Shown one piece after another: positions 27,964 to 38,565 of a DNA stretch of 64,000 bases. Below the pieces are notes generated by a model. That model searched no databases. It saw nothing but the letters and a program-made list of their open reading frames with translations, and was not told the DNA's origin. Position 1 is the first letter of the stretch; each line of letters opens with the position of its first letter. The position numbers and the translations under genes were made by a program. The DNA comes from a phage, in the sequence record PZ445551.1, one strand, 5' to 3'.

Positions 27964-29759
27964 AAATGTTTCTCCCTTTCTAATACTTCTTGCATTTTAC
28001 CTTTATTATAAGGGCGAGAGTTAGGGGCAGAAAGGTATCCTGACACTCTTCTGATCACAGATATGGATTCTTCTTCATGATTGCCACAACTTGGACACTC
28101 GAAGCCTTTAGCCGTTGCTTTAAATTCACCATGAAAACCACATTTGAAACACTGATCTACAGGTTGGTTCACACCAAAATAAGGAATTTTGTTGTAGGCA
28201 TAATCTACAAGAGTTTCCAGTGCTTGCAAGTTATTTTTAAGGTTTGGTGTTTCTACATAACCTATGTTCCCACCATTACTGATTTGTGCAAAACCTTCCT
28301 CATAATCCCACTTTTGGAACGGGGTAGTGTGCATCCATACAGGTTGATGGAAAGAGTTTGTCAAGTAGTCACGATCAATAGAACCAGGATAGCGATCATT
28401 TAATGCTTTGGCAAATTTATAGCACAAGGATTCTGCTGGTGTTCCATACAAACTAAAAGCTAAACCAGAACGTTCTTTAAATGTGCCACAGATATCCTTC
28501 ATATATTGAAGGATGTTTTTACCCATTGCTTTTGGATTGGTGTTACCTGGGTATAAAATCTCCATAGCTTCTGCTAAACCTACATAACCGATACTAATAG
28601 AGGCATAACCACCTTCGAATAGTTTACCAATCTCTTCATTAGCTTCTAGTCGAGCTAAAGCCCCTTCCATAAACAATGTAGGGTTTTGAGATGCTTTGGT
28701 ATGTCTAATACGGTTAACACGTAGCATATGTGCCTTATACGCCATCTCCATATGTTGTTCCAACAGTTCAGTAAATAAGATGCCCTTTTCACGGGACTCT
28801 GCTGCAATGATAGGTAAGTTTAAAGAAACTACGCCTAAGTTGAAACGACCATCATATTTTTCACCTTGCTCTGTTGCATAGTATGACAAGAAGCTACGGC
28901 AACCCATGCTTGTGACGCGACCATCTGAAGATCCTGTAACTTCTTTGTTTAAAGGTACAGAGATAAAATCAGGATAAATGCGTTCAGCACAACACTCCAT
29001 CGCCAGTTGCTTCAGATCATAATTTGGATCGCCAGCTTTCATGTTAACACCATCTTCCAAGAAGAAGATAACTTTAGGAAACACAGGAGTTACCCTATCT
29101 TTTCCTAATCCTTGTTTGTGCACCATTAGGTAGTTTTTAGTGATCATTCTACCAAAAGCAGAGGTATCCAAACCTAAACTAATTGTTATAAAAGGTGACT
29201 GACCATTTACACTCATTAGAGTGTTCACCTGGTAGATTAAAGTTTGCATTGCATCATAGACCTGTTTATCTACCATACGCATAGCAATATCATAATCGCC
29301 AACATCGGCATATATTTTATTAAAACTTGCTTTAACGTATTGACTAAGCCCAGTATCAACATGTGCACAAGTTTGTCCACCATATTGGCTAGAAGCTACT
29401 GCTTGAATAATTTGAGTTAGGACAGTAGTCGCCACACCGATAGATTTTGGTTTTTCAATATGTGCATTACCAATACGGAAACCGTTCTCAAGCATATCTT
29501 GGTAATTTACTAGGCAACAATTAGTTAAAGGTGAGAGTAAATAATCTAAATCGTGGATGTGACCATACCCACTTTTATGCCATTCTGCTAAATCTTCAGG
29601 TAAAATATGGGTCATTGCCATGTGCTTGCTTAGGATACCTGCTAGTAAATCTCGGTGAGTATTAACAATCATTGCAGGTTTGTTTGCATTTTCACGAGTA
29701 AATTCTTCGGATGTTTGTTCGAGGAATCCGATTACATCCTCATATAGTTTTTGGGTCAT
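27960..29759 (-). CDS. nrdD: Anaerobic ribonucleoside-triphosphate reductase (class III RNR)
   Basis: C-terminal glycyl-radical motif RVSGYL and Zn motif CFKCG...CPSCG; 599 aa. Confidence 0.9.
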   Translation of the reverse strand: MTQKLYEDVIGFLEQTSEEFTRENANKPAMIVNTHRDLLAGILSKHMAMTHILPEDLAEWHKSGYGHIHDLDYLLSPLTNCCLVNYQDMLENGFRIGNAHIEKPKSIGVATTVLTQIIQAVASSQYGGQTCAHVDTGLSQYVKASFNKIYADVGDYDIAMRMVDKQVYDAMQTLIYQVNTLMSVNGQSPFITISLGLDTSAFGRMITKNYLMVHKQGLGKDRVTPVFPKVIFFLEDGVNMKAGDPNYDLKQLAMECCAERIYPDFISVPLNKEVTGSSDGRVTSMGCRSFLSYYATEQGEKYDGRFNLGVVSLNLPIIAAESREKGILFTELLEQHMEMAYKAHMLRVNRIRHTKASQNPTLFMEGALARLEANEEIGKLFEGGYASISIGYVGLAEAMEILYPGNTNPKAMGKNILQYMKDICGTFKERSGLAFSLYGTPAESLCYKFAKALNDRYPGSIDRDYLTNSFHQPVWMHTTPFQKWDYEEGFAQISNGGNIGYVETPNLKNNLQALETLVDYAYNKIPYFGVNQPVDQCFKCGFHGEFKATAKGFECPSCGNHEEESISVIRRVSGYLSAPNSRPYNKGKMQEVLEREKHF

Positions 29760-29775
29760 TAATCCTCCGTGGAAA

Positions 29776-29803
29776 ATAAAAGCCAGCTTAATGCTGGCTT
29801 TAG
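29776..29803 (-). terminator. Intrinsic terminator (AAAGCCAGC-loop-GCTGGCTTT + UUUUAUUUU)
   Basis: Stem-loop and U-tract on the minus strand, immediately before the nrdD RBS. Confidence 0.55.
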
Positions 29804-29848
29804 GGTGGATCTTTATTTTAAATCTTTTTCGTAAGATTGTCCTTGATC

Positions 29849-30799
29849 TTAGTCAAGGTTTTTGGTAATACGTGTACAACCGTCAGAAGTCAAACCGTCA
29901 ACTTGAGTTTCCCAAGTGCCATGAATATTTCGGAACAATGTTGTTACACCTTTTGGTTCATTAATAATGATTGCCATAACAAGTTTAGGATCGATAACAG
30001 ACATAATCTTTTCCTCAATACCCTCTGTAATAACATTATTGCGCACAATATTAATTGCATCTTCTTGTACAGTAAGAACACTTACGTTCTTAAGAGTATA
30101 TACCTGCTGTGTAGTGTAAATGATACGAACATAACTTACAGAACGAGTAGGCACAGGTTTACGCGGTCGGCGAAAACGTGGTTTTGGTGAAGATTCAGTC
30201 TTACTTTCATTTTTTGAATAATACTCCTCAAACAGTTTAGTAAATGTTTTTACATCAACTACAAACCGATCTTTCCTATATGGAGAATTCTTATGTGCAC
30301 CATTAATACCACTGTTTTCATCGAAGAAAGTAATGTTTTCTTCAGTTGAATACATTAGATAATGATCTGCATTTTTCCAATGTGGTTGTGGACAACGAGG
30401 ATTACAAACGGAAAGCAGATAACTAATATCTTCTTCCGTGGCATCAGTATCCAGGAAACACGTATTATGCACAGTCAGTTGTACTTTTTCAGCCATATCT
30501 TTTTCTTTATCCTCTTTAGCAAGATATTCAGTACGAATAATCTCCAGAAAACCTTCAGGTGTTACTTCCATAAATTTATATTCAGGATGAAGCTCCATAT
30601 ATTCAAATCCACAACCATCTAATTGCTGTAGGAAGTTAGGGTAGAAGAACAAATCATTAACACTGTGAATCAGATCATTGATTTCTGCTTCAGTTGTGTA
30701 ACCAAAACTCTTGTGAATTGCTTCGTTAAGAATATGCAGGATACCCATCTCTTCTGCTGCTTTTTTAACTTCCAGTTTATTAGCGTAAAATGCAATCAT
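29849..30799 (-). CDS. Hypothetical protein
   Basis: 316-aa ORF. Confidence 0.6.
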   Translation of the reverse strand: MIAFYANKLEVKKAAEEMGILHILNEAIHKSFGYTTEAEINDLIHSVNDLFFYPNFLQQLDGCGFEYMELHPEYKFMEVTPEGFLEIIRTEYLAKEDKEKDMAEKVQLTVHNTCFLDTDATEEDISYLLSVCNPRCPQPHWKNADHYLMYSTEENITFFDENSGINGAHKNSPYRKDRFVVDVKTFTKLFEEYYSKNESKTESSPKPRFRRPRKPVPTRSVSYVRIIYTTQQVYTLKNVSVLTVQEDAINIVRNNVITEGIEEKIMSVIDPKLVMAIIINEPKGVTTLFRNIHGTWETQVDGLTSDGCTRITKNLD

Positions 30800-30816
30800 T
30801 ATGTTCTCCTTCTAAA

Positions 30817-31251
30817 TTAGTTTAAAATTTCTTTTGCAATGGTAGAAGCAAGTTTTCCATCATATTGATTCGGATACTCTGCTTTAAGGTGTTTCATCAT
30901 ATCTGGCATTTTCTTGCCTGTCAAGGCAAATTCTTCAGCAATAGCTCGAAGATCATCTTCAGATAGCATTTCTGGCAAATATTTTTCCAGAGTGGTGATA
31001 TCACGCATAGCTCGCTCACACTTGCTAATGGAGGCATTAACTTTCTTAAGCGAGTCTAGTTCCTCTTTAGCGTGTGCAATACCAATCTTAACAATGTTAA
31101 TCATAATATCGTCTTCTGATTTATTCAGATTTGCCTTTTGAGTACGAGCAAGGTCAAACTCACCAATAATATTAGTTAACAAAGCAAAAGCACCCTTATC
31201 GGTTGTACGTGCTAAGATACGATCTGCTTTCATTTGTGTCACAATAGACAT
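30817..31251 (-). CDS. Hypothetical protein
   Basis: 144-aa helical ORF. Confidence 0.55.
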   Translation of the reverse strand: MSIVTQMKADRILARTTDKGAFALLTNIIGEFDLARTQKANLNKSEDDIMINIVKIGIAHAKEELDSLKKVNASISKCERAMRDITTLEKYLPEMLSEDDLRAIAEEFALTGKKMPDMMKHLKAEYPNQYDGKLASTIAKEILN

Positions 31252-31263
31252 TCTATTCTCCTC

Positions 31264-31836
31264 TTATTTGCTAATGCTTTGAATCTTATTTACAACACGG
31301 TTTATTGCCAGTGAAGCCCTAGGCTCCGCAATACCTGTTGCATAGATATAAGGATGACCTTTTGGAGACTCCCTCATACCGAATGAACCTAATTCTAAAC
31401 CATATTCATCCTCTACGTCAACCCCAATATTAGTGGGTACTAAATATGTTTTAACTCCATAATAAGTAGAGAAGAAACAGCGCATAGAGTTAGCATACTC
31501 TTCAATTGTAGCATCAGGGTAGAACTCAATCAACTCCAATTTCAAGAAAATATTAAAATGGGTATCATCTAAATTTTCTTCTGTGCGGTAACATGGTGTT
31601 AGTGCCATATACGGATTACCTACTGCAAATTCAAAACCATCCTTCTCCATTTGCAGGAAAGATTGTTCTGCACTAGCTACATAGTATTTACCGTTAGGAT
31701 GCCCTAATGGGCGATCCTCTTTATTTTCTGGTAGTGTGTACGCCAGTATATCAGCATCCACGAGATATGGAACTTCCAACATTTGTGCAAACCGACCATA
31801 GTAATCAATAGCTTGAGCTATTACTGCAACATTCAT
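31264..31836 (-). CDS. Hypothetical protein
   Basis: 190-aa ORF. Confidence 0.55.
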   Translation of the reverse strand: MNVAVIAQAIDYYGRFAQMLEVPYLVDADILAYTLPENKEDRPLGHPNGKYYVASAEQSFLQMEKDGFEFAVGNPYMALTPCYRTEENLDDTHFNIFLKLELIEFYPDATIEEYANSMRCFFSTYYGVKTYLVPTNIGVDVEDEYGLELGSFGMRESPKGHPYIYATGIAEPRASLAINRVVNKIQSISK

Positions 31837-32084
31837 GATCGACCTCCATTGCGGAATGCACGTTTAGTAATGTTTGACATAGTGATCAAATCTTGAAGCG
31901 TCATACCAGGAAAATGCTGTTCAAGAACACCTTCAACAGCGCCTACAATATCTGATAACTCAATAAGTTGCATCAGCTTGCAATCTTGATCAATAGCATC
32001 TTGAAGTTCATAAAGCTCTTCTTGAATCTTAGCAACAGAACCATATTCCTCTTTGCTAATCTCCTTCAAATGATACCCTGCCAC
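31833..32084 (-). CDS. Possible MazG/HisE-like nucleotide pyrophosphohydrolase (small all-alpha)
   Basis: 83 aa with EExxE-like acidic helix (IQEELYELQDAI); weak assignment. Confidence 0.4.
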   Translation of the reverse strand: MAGYHLKEISKEEYGSVAKIQEELYELQDAIDQDCKLMQLIELSDIVGAVEGVLEQHFPGMTLQDLITMSNITKRAFRNGGRS

Positions 32085-32094
32085 TTTAACCCCC

Positions 32095-33831
32095 TTAGTT
32101 TACCAGTTTATTTATATCTGGTAAAAGATTTATTTCACCTAAGAAATCACCTTCACCTTCCTCTAGCCAACTCTCATATGCTTGTGCATGATTATAGTTA
32201 CCATCAAAAGAATCTGCAACAAATTTTTCTACAGTTTTTCGAGATGTGCCAGCACCAAATACACCAAGTTTAATACCATTGATCGGTAAAGTGGTACTTG
32301 TGGGTACTTTCTCTGTTGCAACACGGTTGATATCTATAATCTCCTGTACGGTTGTGTTCCATTGTAAGCATTTAACACAACGGGTATGCGCTACATACAG
32401 TAGGTTTCGCTCTGCCTCTTCCAGTCCTACCCATTCACCAGTCTTTTTATCATAGTTGGAAGGAAAATCATTAGCAACAATAACCTGATCCCACTCCAAA
32501 CCTTTAGACTTGTGTGCTGTAGTCAGTGTGACTTTTGCTGTAGGAGAATTTCTATGCGTTCTAAGTGTATGTGCTATAGTGTTTGCCTTACCAGAAACTA
32601 CGATGTTTAACAAGCGTTTAGCATCTGGATCAGCCTCTGCACACTCAACAAATTCATCCCAGTCTGCGTAAGGTAATACAGTTTCATGTTTTACTTTCTC
32701 AATATCTCCTCTACGAAGAGCATTAACACTATCTACCATAGAGATAAAATCCCTGGTATCTACGTTAATAATAATTTCTTCCCCATCTGCAATACGATCC
32801 ATTGCCTCCATAAGCAAGGTTAAATTCTTGCGAAAGATGATAGTGTAAGGTTTTGTATAGTCTACAACATCTGATTTGTAGCTACCTACTACAGTATCAA
32901 AGCCTTTACCAACCAAAGGGTGACGCAAAGGTTCTTTATCGCTTAAAATCATATTGGCAATGTTTGCCACTTTGGGGCCAAAACGGAAGCAAGCAGTTAA
33001 TGGAAGCTCTGCCCCATATGTAGATGTTTCCTTCATCATATTTTGGCTTCCACGGAACTGGTAGATGCTCTGATATTCGTCACCCACCACTACTACTTGT
33101 TTTGCAGATTTAGCATTTCGCAGAATAGACAAGAATGCAGGGTTAACATCCTGGAATTCATCACCAAAAATAATATCATAACCAAGATCAGCACCAGACA
33201 ATTCAAACAATTTTACATAGGTGTCATGCGTCATCAAAGTATCTGTGTTAGGATCGATGCGCTCTCGCCACAATTGTTTTGCATACTTAACTACTTCTGT
33301 AATTAGTTTGTGTTCGTTAATACCTTTTCTTTTAATATCTGCAAGATGTACACCAGGAAAATGTTTACGGCTGATAAAAGGATCATCCGAAAATTCAAAC
33401 TTACCTACGGTTTGTTTGATCATTAAACCAATCATAGCACGAGTTAACAGTGTTTTCCCTCGTTTATCAATAAGATTATTAATCTTAAATTTCTTTGCTA
33501 TTTCGCTACCTGTACCTGCAACGTTAACATACTGTCCTTCTGGTCGTGACAGTTTTGCACGTAAACGATGATCCAGGAATTGATAGCAAATAGAATGCAA
33601 TGTACGGCATTCTACATTTAGTGGCATCTTACGCCGTGCTTCTTCTGCCATGCTTTTATTGAAAGCTAAGTAAAGAATGCGATCTTCTGTACTGTTAGCC
33701 AGCAAATAAAGTGTTGACGTTTTGCCTGATCCAGATTTAGCTTGGATAGTTAAAAAGCGATGGTCTGGAAAAGCCTCCTTAATAGCTGTTTGCTCTTCTG
33801 TTGGAGTGAAGCTCAACTCTTTCTTAGCCAT
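32095..33831 (-). CDS. Superfamily-1 DNA helicase (UvrD/PcrA-like)
   Basis: Walker A AKSGSGKTST, motif TLHSICYQ, Walker B GDEFQD; start at ATG 33831 with SD AAGAGAGG. Confidence 0.75.
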   Translation of the reverse strand: MAKKELSFTPTEEQTAIKEAFPDHRFLTIQAKSGSGKTSTLYLLANSTEDRILYLAFNKSMAEEARRKMPLNVECRTLHSICYQFLDHRLRAKLSRPEGQYVNVAGTGSEIAKKFKINNLIDKRGKTLLTRAMIGLMIKQTVGKFEFSDDPFISRKHFPGVHLADIKRKGINEHKLITEVVKYAKQLWRERIDPNTDTLMTHDTYVKLFELSGADLGYDIIFGDEFQDVNPAFLSILRNAKSAKQVVVVGDEYQSIYQFRGSQNMMKETSTYGAELPLTACFRFGPKVANIANMILSDKEPLRHPLVGKGFDTVVGSYKSDVVDYTKPYTIIFRKNLTLLMEAMDRIADGEEIIINVDTRDFISMVDSVNALRRGDIEKVKHETVLPYADWDEFVECAEADPDAKRLLNIVVSGKANTIAHTLRTHRNSPTAKVTLTTAHKSKGLEWDQVIVANDFPSNYDKKTGEWVGLEEAERNLLYVAHTRCVKCLQWNTTVQEIIDINRVATEKVPTSTTLPINGIKLGVFGAGTSRKTVEKFVADSFDGNYNHAQAYESWLEEGEGDFLGEINLLPDINKLVN

Positions 33832-33832
33832 T

Positions 33833-34309
33833 TCAACCTCTCTTAATTTGTTTAACAAGCATAGGAACAAAATCTCGTTTTAAAATTTGTTCAATAATAT
33901 GATCAGGTAGCTGTTGGAAATTATAATTAAAAGCTACTGTCTCACCTTTAGGTGTTTCTACCCGCACATATAACATGTTACGAAGTTTATCCACTTGTGC
34001 TGTGTATTCTAAACCATGTAATTGATGTAATGCAAACATCAAATCATCAGTTTCAGTTTGGAATCTATCCCTTCCCTGCATCAAGGACAAGGAAAAAGGT
34101 AGATTTTCCCTAAGAGCCACCTTCTTAGGCACTAGTGAAGGGAAATACTCCCCAATAACTTCCTGTGTAAGCTGAATACACTCTTTTTCAAGCTGGTTTT
34201 GTTCCTTGAGTTCACAAACACTCTTTTGTAAAGTGTTAACCTCTTTTTGCAAAGCTGCTAGTTGAGCACTTAACTTTCTTTTTTGATTACGACCAAAACG
34301 TTTAGACAT
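33833..34309 (-). CDS. Hypothetical protein (coiled-coil N-terminus)
   Basis: 158-aa ORF. Confidence 0.55.
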   Translation of the reverse strand: MSKRFGRNQKRKLSAQLAALQKEVNTLQKSVCELKEQNQLEKECIQLTQEVIGEYFPSLVPKKVALRENLPFSLSLMQGRDRFQTETDDLMFALHQLHGLEYTAQVDKLRNMLYVRVETPKGETVAFNYNFQQLPDHIIEQILKRDFVPMLVKQIKRG

Positions 34310-34317
34310 ATTTCCCC

Positions 34318-34833
34318 CTAGTAAAACCCTTTAACAATCTGTATTAACTCGGCACAACGGTTGACCAACTTTTCCTCATACAATACACGTTGTGGCATAT
34401 GTTGTATAATATACTCCATTTGCTCATGCCATGTCCACTTTTCTTTTTTGTCTGGGATAACATCACTAGCACGAGAATTATCTTTTAATGTTTGTATAAT
34501 CCAATTGCTTGGAAAGTGCTCTCCACCTTTCTTAAATGGTTTATAGTGGCCTAGAGTGAATTGAGAATCCCCTGTTAGAGCACCCAATTTATTTAGATGG
34601 ATAATCAAACTACGAAACACATAGTATTCATAGATGTTATCCACCGTATAGCAAGCATAATATTTCAAGATGCCCTTATCTCGCGGATACTTACCAACAT
34701 CCAGATTGCACCAGTTGACATTTTCTGGATCATAGTGGTGTTCCTTAAGCCATATTTCTCTTTCATCAAAGTCTGGATATATTACCGCTCTGCTTACAGA
34801 GTCAACAAGTGGAGATTGAGCATCAAAAAACAT
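34318..34833 (-). CDS. Hypothetical protein
   Basis: 171-aa ORF. Confidence 0.55.
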   Translation of the reverse strand: MFFDAQSPLVDSVSRAVIYPDFDEREIWLKEHHYDPENVNWCNLDVGKYPRDKGILKYYACYTVDNIYEYYVFRSLIIHLNKLGALTGDSQFTLGHYKPFKKGGEHFPSNWIIQTLKDNSRASDVIPDKKEKWTWHEQMEYIIQHMPQRVLYEEKLVNRCAELIQIVKGFY

Positions 34834-34854
34834 TATATTTTCCTTATTGGTTTG

Positions 34855-35220
34855 TTAAACGTTTTCTAAATCTTTTAAGGCATTACCCAACGTTAGAACA
34901 ATAACATCGTTTGCTGCCTCTTCCCCATTGATATTGGTGAAATTTGGTGTGACAAAAGTAACCATATAAAACTCGTCCACCTGGAAGATAGCAATAACAC
35001 CATCCATCTTAACATCTTGACGAAAGGAAAAACCAATCATCTTCTCTTGCAAAGGCATATCCCCTTCCTTCATTACCGCTAGGGAGTTTTCAGGAATGTT
35101 ATATTTATCTGCTCCGATGTAGATGTACGTAATGTTATCTTTATCGTGATGATACAGGGTTGCTTTTTCCATATCTAAACCTGACAGATCAAATACGTTA
35201 ATTTCTTGTGTAGTCTTCAT
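34855..35220 (-). CDS. Hypothetical protein
   Basis: Start at ATG 35220 with SD GGAGG; longest ORF runs to 35295. Confidence 0.5.
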   Translation of the reverse strand: MKTTQEINVFDLSGLDMEKATLYHHDKDNITYIYIGADKYNIPENSLAVMKEGDMPLQEKMIGFSFRQDVKMDGVIAIFQVDEFYMVTFVTPNFTNINGEEAANDVIVLTLGNALKDLENV

Positions 35221-35584
35221 AAATATCCTCCCAAATCCAATAATCATCTGTGTAAGTAGGATGCCTTTTATCCCACTCTGTTCTAGCCCAAGCAACCGCT
35301 GCTACCAACACATCACCATGACAAGGTTGAGGTGAGCAGAAGCAAACTAAGTCTTTCCCTTCTAATTCTAACAAATCCTCAAGAGTGATTTTACCACAAC
35401 GAATTTGTTCCCACAACCACTCTTTATATCTTTGTATAGTTGATCCTCGTGGTTCATCATCCTTTAACTTAAAAGGATTTGCAAACTTTGAGGCTTTTAA
35501 CCCCATATGAGGCATAGCTCTGCCAATGTACACTGCACCTTCAGGTATTACTTTACCTAAGTGGTAAAAATTTAATACTTTCAT
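35198..35584 (-). CDS. Hypothetical protein with CxC...CHGD motif
   Basis: Start at ATG 35584 abutting the upstream stop; Cys/His cluster DLVCFCSPQPCHGD. Confidence 0.5.
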   Translation of the reverse strand: MKVLNFYHLGKVIPEGAVYIGRAMPHMGLKASKFANPFKLKDDEPRGSTIQRYKEWLWEQIRCGKITLEDLLELEGKDLVCFCSPQPCHGDVLVAAVAWARTEWDKRHPTYTDDYWIWEDIYEDYTRN

Positions 35585-35585
35585 A

Positions 35586-35936
35586 TTAACCCAAACACAT
35601 TTGTGCAATCAAGCCCTGTATAAATTTATTAGCTTCTTTACTGTCGTAGTCAGTCTCTTCTGGATATCCATCTTCATCGTACACAACTGTACCTTCAATA
35701 TACCCTGCCTCAATTAAGGCGCGGATCATATCAAATTGCCAGCATGAGTTACCAAATGGACGTTTACCATTAAAACACTCTTCTTCTCTCCATAACGTAG
35801 AGAGTAGTTGTCGGAAATATTCCCGTACAGTGACAGTACCAAGATCTGAATCCTCAAACATAACATCCAGGGCATCAGGATTGCTTTTCTCTACATAAGG
35901 GATATATTTAACACCATTAATAGTTACATCAAGCAT
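35586..35936 (-). CDS. Hypothetical protein
   Basis: 116-aa ORF. Confidence 0.55.
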   Translation of the reverse strand: MLDVTINGVKYIPYVEKSNPDALDVMFEDSDLGTVTVREYFRQLLSTLWREEECFNGKRPFGNSCWQFDMIRALIEAGYIEGTVVYDEDGYPEETDYDSKEANKFIQGLIAQMCLG

Positions 35937-36299
35937 TTATTTCTCCTTATCATCATATTCTAAGAACATATCTGCACGATATGCTTTACGCTCTTCAAAC
36001 TTAGCAGGATCTACAACAATAAGCAATACAAGGTTAACATCTAAATACTTCTTAACAAATAGAAATAAATCTTTTCCACAGTTAAAACCTACACCAGTAT
36101 AGGCATCCCCATATTGATCTACTGATTTAATCTTCTTACTAACCGTACACTCTATGCTATTCTTTTCTTCTTGGTATAAGGCTTTCCCACCCCAATATGT
36201 AAAGAATTTAGTACCGTCAGCACCAAGTTTAAAACCCTCTGTTGCATGTCCCGCAAATGAAAGTAAACATAACCAAGTGATCATCAGGTACTTTAGCAT
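35937..36299 (-). CDS. Secreted / periplasmic hypothetical protein
   Basis: Start at ATG 36299; signal peptide MLKYLMITWLCLLSFAGHA. Confidence 0.5.
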   Translation of the reverse strand: MLKYLMITWLCLLSFAGHATEGFKLGADGTKFFTYWGGKALYQEEKNSIECTVSKKIKSVDQYGDAYTGVGFNCGKDLFLFVKKYLDVNLVLLIVVDPAKFEERKAYRADMFLEYDDKEK

Positions 36300-36300
36300 T

Positions 36301-36783
36301 TTAACCACCCAATTGCAAATGTTTAGAAAGAACAATATCCCACTGATCACCACAACCGTTATCTATGCGGAACATAATGTACGTATCATCTTCTTCTACG
36401 ACATATAATACCTCATAGGAATTACAACAGCCTTCCCAATTTTTAACAGCCTCTGGTGTATCATGTGTAAAAATTTCATTACCATCATATGACCAAAACA
36501 AAGGGGTAAGGTTTTCGAAGGTCAGTGAAGTAGGGTTTACTTCATCTTTAACTGCTTCCTCATATTCTTTATGCGTTTGTACTGCTTTAGTTAGTGTACT
36601 CATGTCTATCTCCTTTTCTCCTTCTTGACTATGGAGGATAGCAAACTCTCTAAACTCCACTTCACGCCATGTTTTCAGGTAGTGCTTTATAATTTTATCA
36701 ACATCTGCCTGTTCAACATTACTTTTCAAGCAATAGTAATCATGGTCTTCGCCCATTCTACCCCATATGCTATACATTGTCAT
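36301..36783 (-). CDS. Hypothetical protein
   Basis: 160-aa ORF. Confidence 0.55.
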   Translation of the reverse strand: MTMYSIWGRMGEDHDYYCLKSNVEQADVDKIIKHYLKTWREVEFREFAILHSQEGEKEIDMSTLTKAVQTHKEYEEAVKDEVNPTSLTFENLTPLFWSYDGNEIFTHDTPEAVKNWEGCCNSYEVLYVVEEDDTYIMFRIDNGCGDQWDIVLSKHLQLGG

Positions 36784-37051
36784 CTGATTGATCCTTTACA
36801 TTGTTCTTGGCATACACAGGAATAACATCATTGTGATCTTTATTACTTTCATCTGTTAAAGCCCAAAACAACTTACCTGCTGGATGTTTAAAGATGTAAG
36901 CAATAGGTTCCTCTTCCTGGGCTTCTTTGCTACGGATACCATCCCGCCAGGCAAGCCAAGTGTAGATCATCACTTCTTGACGTTCTTCTTCGTTAGGCCA
37001 CATATGTGGTGGAAAGTTTTTATCAAACCATTGCTTAAATTCTTCAGTCAT
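36770..37051 (-). CDS. Hypothetical protein
   Basis: 93-aa ORF; SD GGAG upstream. Confidence 0.55.
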   Translation of the reverse strand: MTEEFKQWFDKNFPPHMWPNEEERQEVMIYTWLAWRDGIRSKEAQEEEPIAYIFKHPAGKLFWALTDESNKDHNDVIPVYAKNNVKDQSDDNV

Positions 37052-37061
37052 AGTCTACTCC

Positions 37062-37226
37062 TTAGCGTACAAAGTTAACTTCTGCTTCTTTCAGCTTTGA
37101 CACTTCTACATAACCACCATGATCATCTTTAATCCATTCTTTTCCTTTACGGATGATAACAGGATATGTAGAGTGAGTAAGTTTAGGTACAGATCTTTTT
37201 GTTTTAGTGATAGAAATGTTTTGCAT
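37062..37226 (-). CDS. Small hypothetical protein (54 aa, below the ORF-track threshold)
   Basis: ATG at 37226 preceded by SD AAGGAG; stop at 37062; hand-translated. Confidence 0.4.
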   Translation of the reverse strand: MQNISITKTKRSVPKLTHSTYPVIIRKGKEWIKDDHGGYVEVSKLKEAEVNFVR

Positions 37227-37286
37227 AGTAGTCTCCTTAGTAAATTTTACATAGAGTCTAGATTATTTAGTAGATAGAGTCAATAA

Positions 37287-37553
37287 CTAATTACTGTTAG
37301 ATCTGTATTCTGTCTTCCATTCACAATGGTAAACTTCAACAGGTTCTAACTTCCAATGTTCAGGAACTAATTCAGGGCAATATCTACAAAAGAGAAATAG
37401 ATAGATAACTAAGACAGGTATTAAATAGTAAAATGGTATACGATCATAACCATACTTACGAGATAACATGTAGACATATAGATAGGGTATAACAATTAAT
37501 CCTATAACTATAAGTAAGAAGAGAAGTATAAACCTTAGTGTAGTAACATCCAT
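37287..37553 (-). CDS. Small membrane protein
   Basis: 88 aa with two hydrophobic helices. Confidence 0.5.
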   Translation of the reverse strand: MDVTTLRFILLFLLIVIGLIVIPYLYVYMLSRKYGYDRIPFYYLIPVLVIYLFLFCRYCPELVPEHWKLEPVEVYHCEWKTEYRSNSN

Positions 37554-37717
37554 AGTATTCTCCTATACAGTAATATACTCTGTTCCTGCCCCTCCATGAG
37601 TGACAGGAACAATATCTATAGAGAATACTAACTCGCTTCGCTCGTCACCTTTCAGGTTTAGGGTAGCATGTTTTTCTGAAAAAGTCAATACTCTCCACAA
37701 AACTTTACAAAATACTT

Positions 37718-37990
37718 TTACATAGGTACAACAGAGTCTGTTTTGAAGTCGTACATATGATTTACACCTGTGATTTTTGACATAGAGATTGCACGTTTAG
37801 CACCTGCAATTACCTGGTCTGTCTTCTTAATCTCTTTACGGAACTTACGTACAGTTAAAGAGAAGAAACGATGATCCATCCATTGACGATTCACACGATC
37901 ACGCTTGAAGTGACGGAAATCTTCAATCTGTTTATTGCGCAATCGGCGCAGTACATGCAATAGTTGATAGTAAGGGTGTTTATTTTTCAT
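37718..37990 (-). CDS. Hypothetical basic protein
   Basis: 90-aa Arg/Lys-rich ORF. Confidence 0.5.
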   Translation of the reverse strand: MKNKHPYYQLLHVLRRLRNKQIEDFRHFKRDRVNRQWMDHRFFSLTVRKFRKEIKKTDQVIAGAKRAISMSKITGVNHMYDFKTDSVVPM

Positions 37991-37993
37991 AAT

Positions 37994-38422
37994 TTATTCT
38001 CCAAATCGAAAATCGTCAATATCATCAAACCATACACAATGGCGAGTCCTTTCTTTTTCTGTTGCAGACATTGTTTCAACAGCTTTAGGACTAAGTACAA
38101 CAGGAATGTAACGAACAGGTCGTTCATAATAGTAGCCATACTTTTCTGTATTAGCTGCCTCAAAGACTTTACGGCGTTCTTCAAGATCTTCTATGGTGAA
38201 TCCTACCATATAACCATCATGTTTGCTACCCCATCCTTCCTCACTTTCAACAATCGGGATATAAAAGCCGTTACGCGTCCCTGACGCTGGTTCTTCTTGA
38301 GCCTGAAGGCAAGCCTCCCATCCTGCTTTAAAGACGTTATAGAGCGATTTACGCACGTTATGAGTGCCGCTTTCGCTTGCTGGATAGAGTTCATTAAACT
38401 TGTCTTGGATTTGTTGTGTCAT
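37994..38422 (-). CDS. Hypothetical protein
   Basis: 142-aa ORF. Confidence 0.55.
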   Translation of the reverse strand: MTQQIQDKFNELYPASESGTHNVRKSLYNVFKAGWEACLQAQEEPASGTRNGFYIPIVESEEGWGSKHDGYMVGFTIEDLEERRKVFEAANTEKYGYYYERPVRYIPVVLSPKAVETMSATEKERTRHCVWFDDIDDFRFGE

Positions 38423-38565
38423 ACTCGCCCCTTAGTGATTATTTGACCAGCTAAACAAATAGCTTGTAGTACAATAAAGAAGTAGCCTAATTTTACACTA
38501 CCCAATACCCAGAATGCAATGTTTGCAAACAAACAAAAAGCAATATTAAGTCTAAAGAATAACAT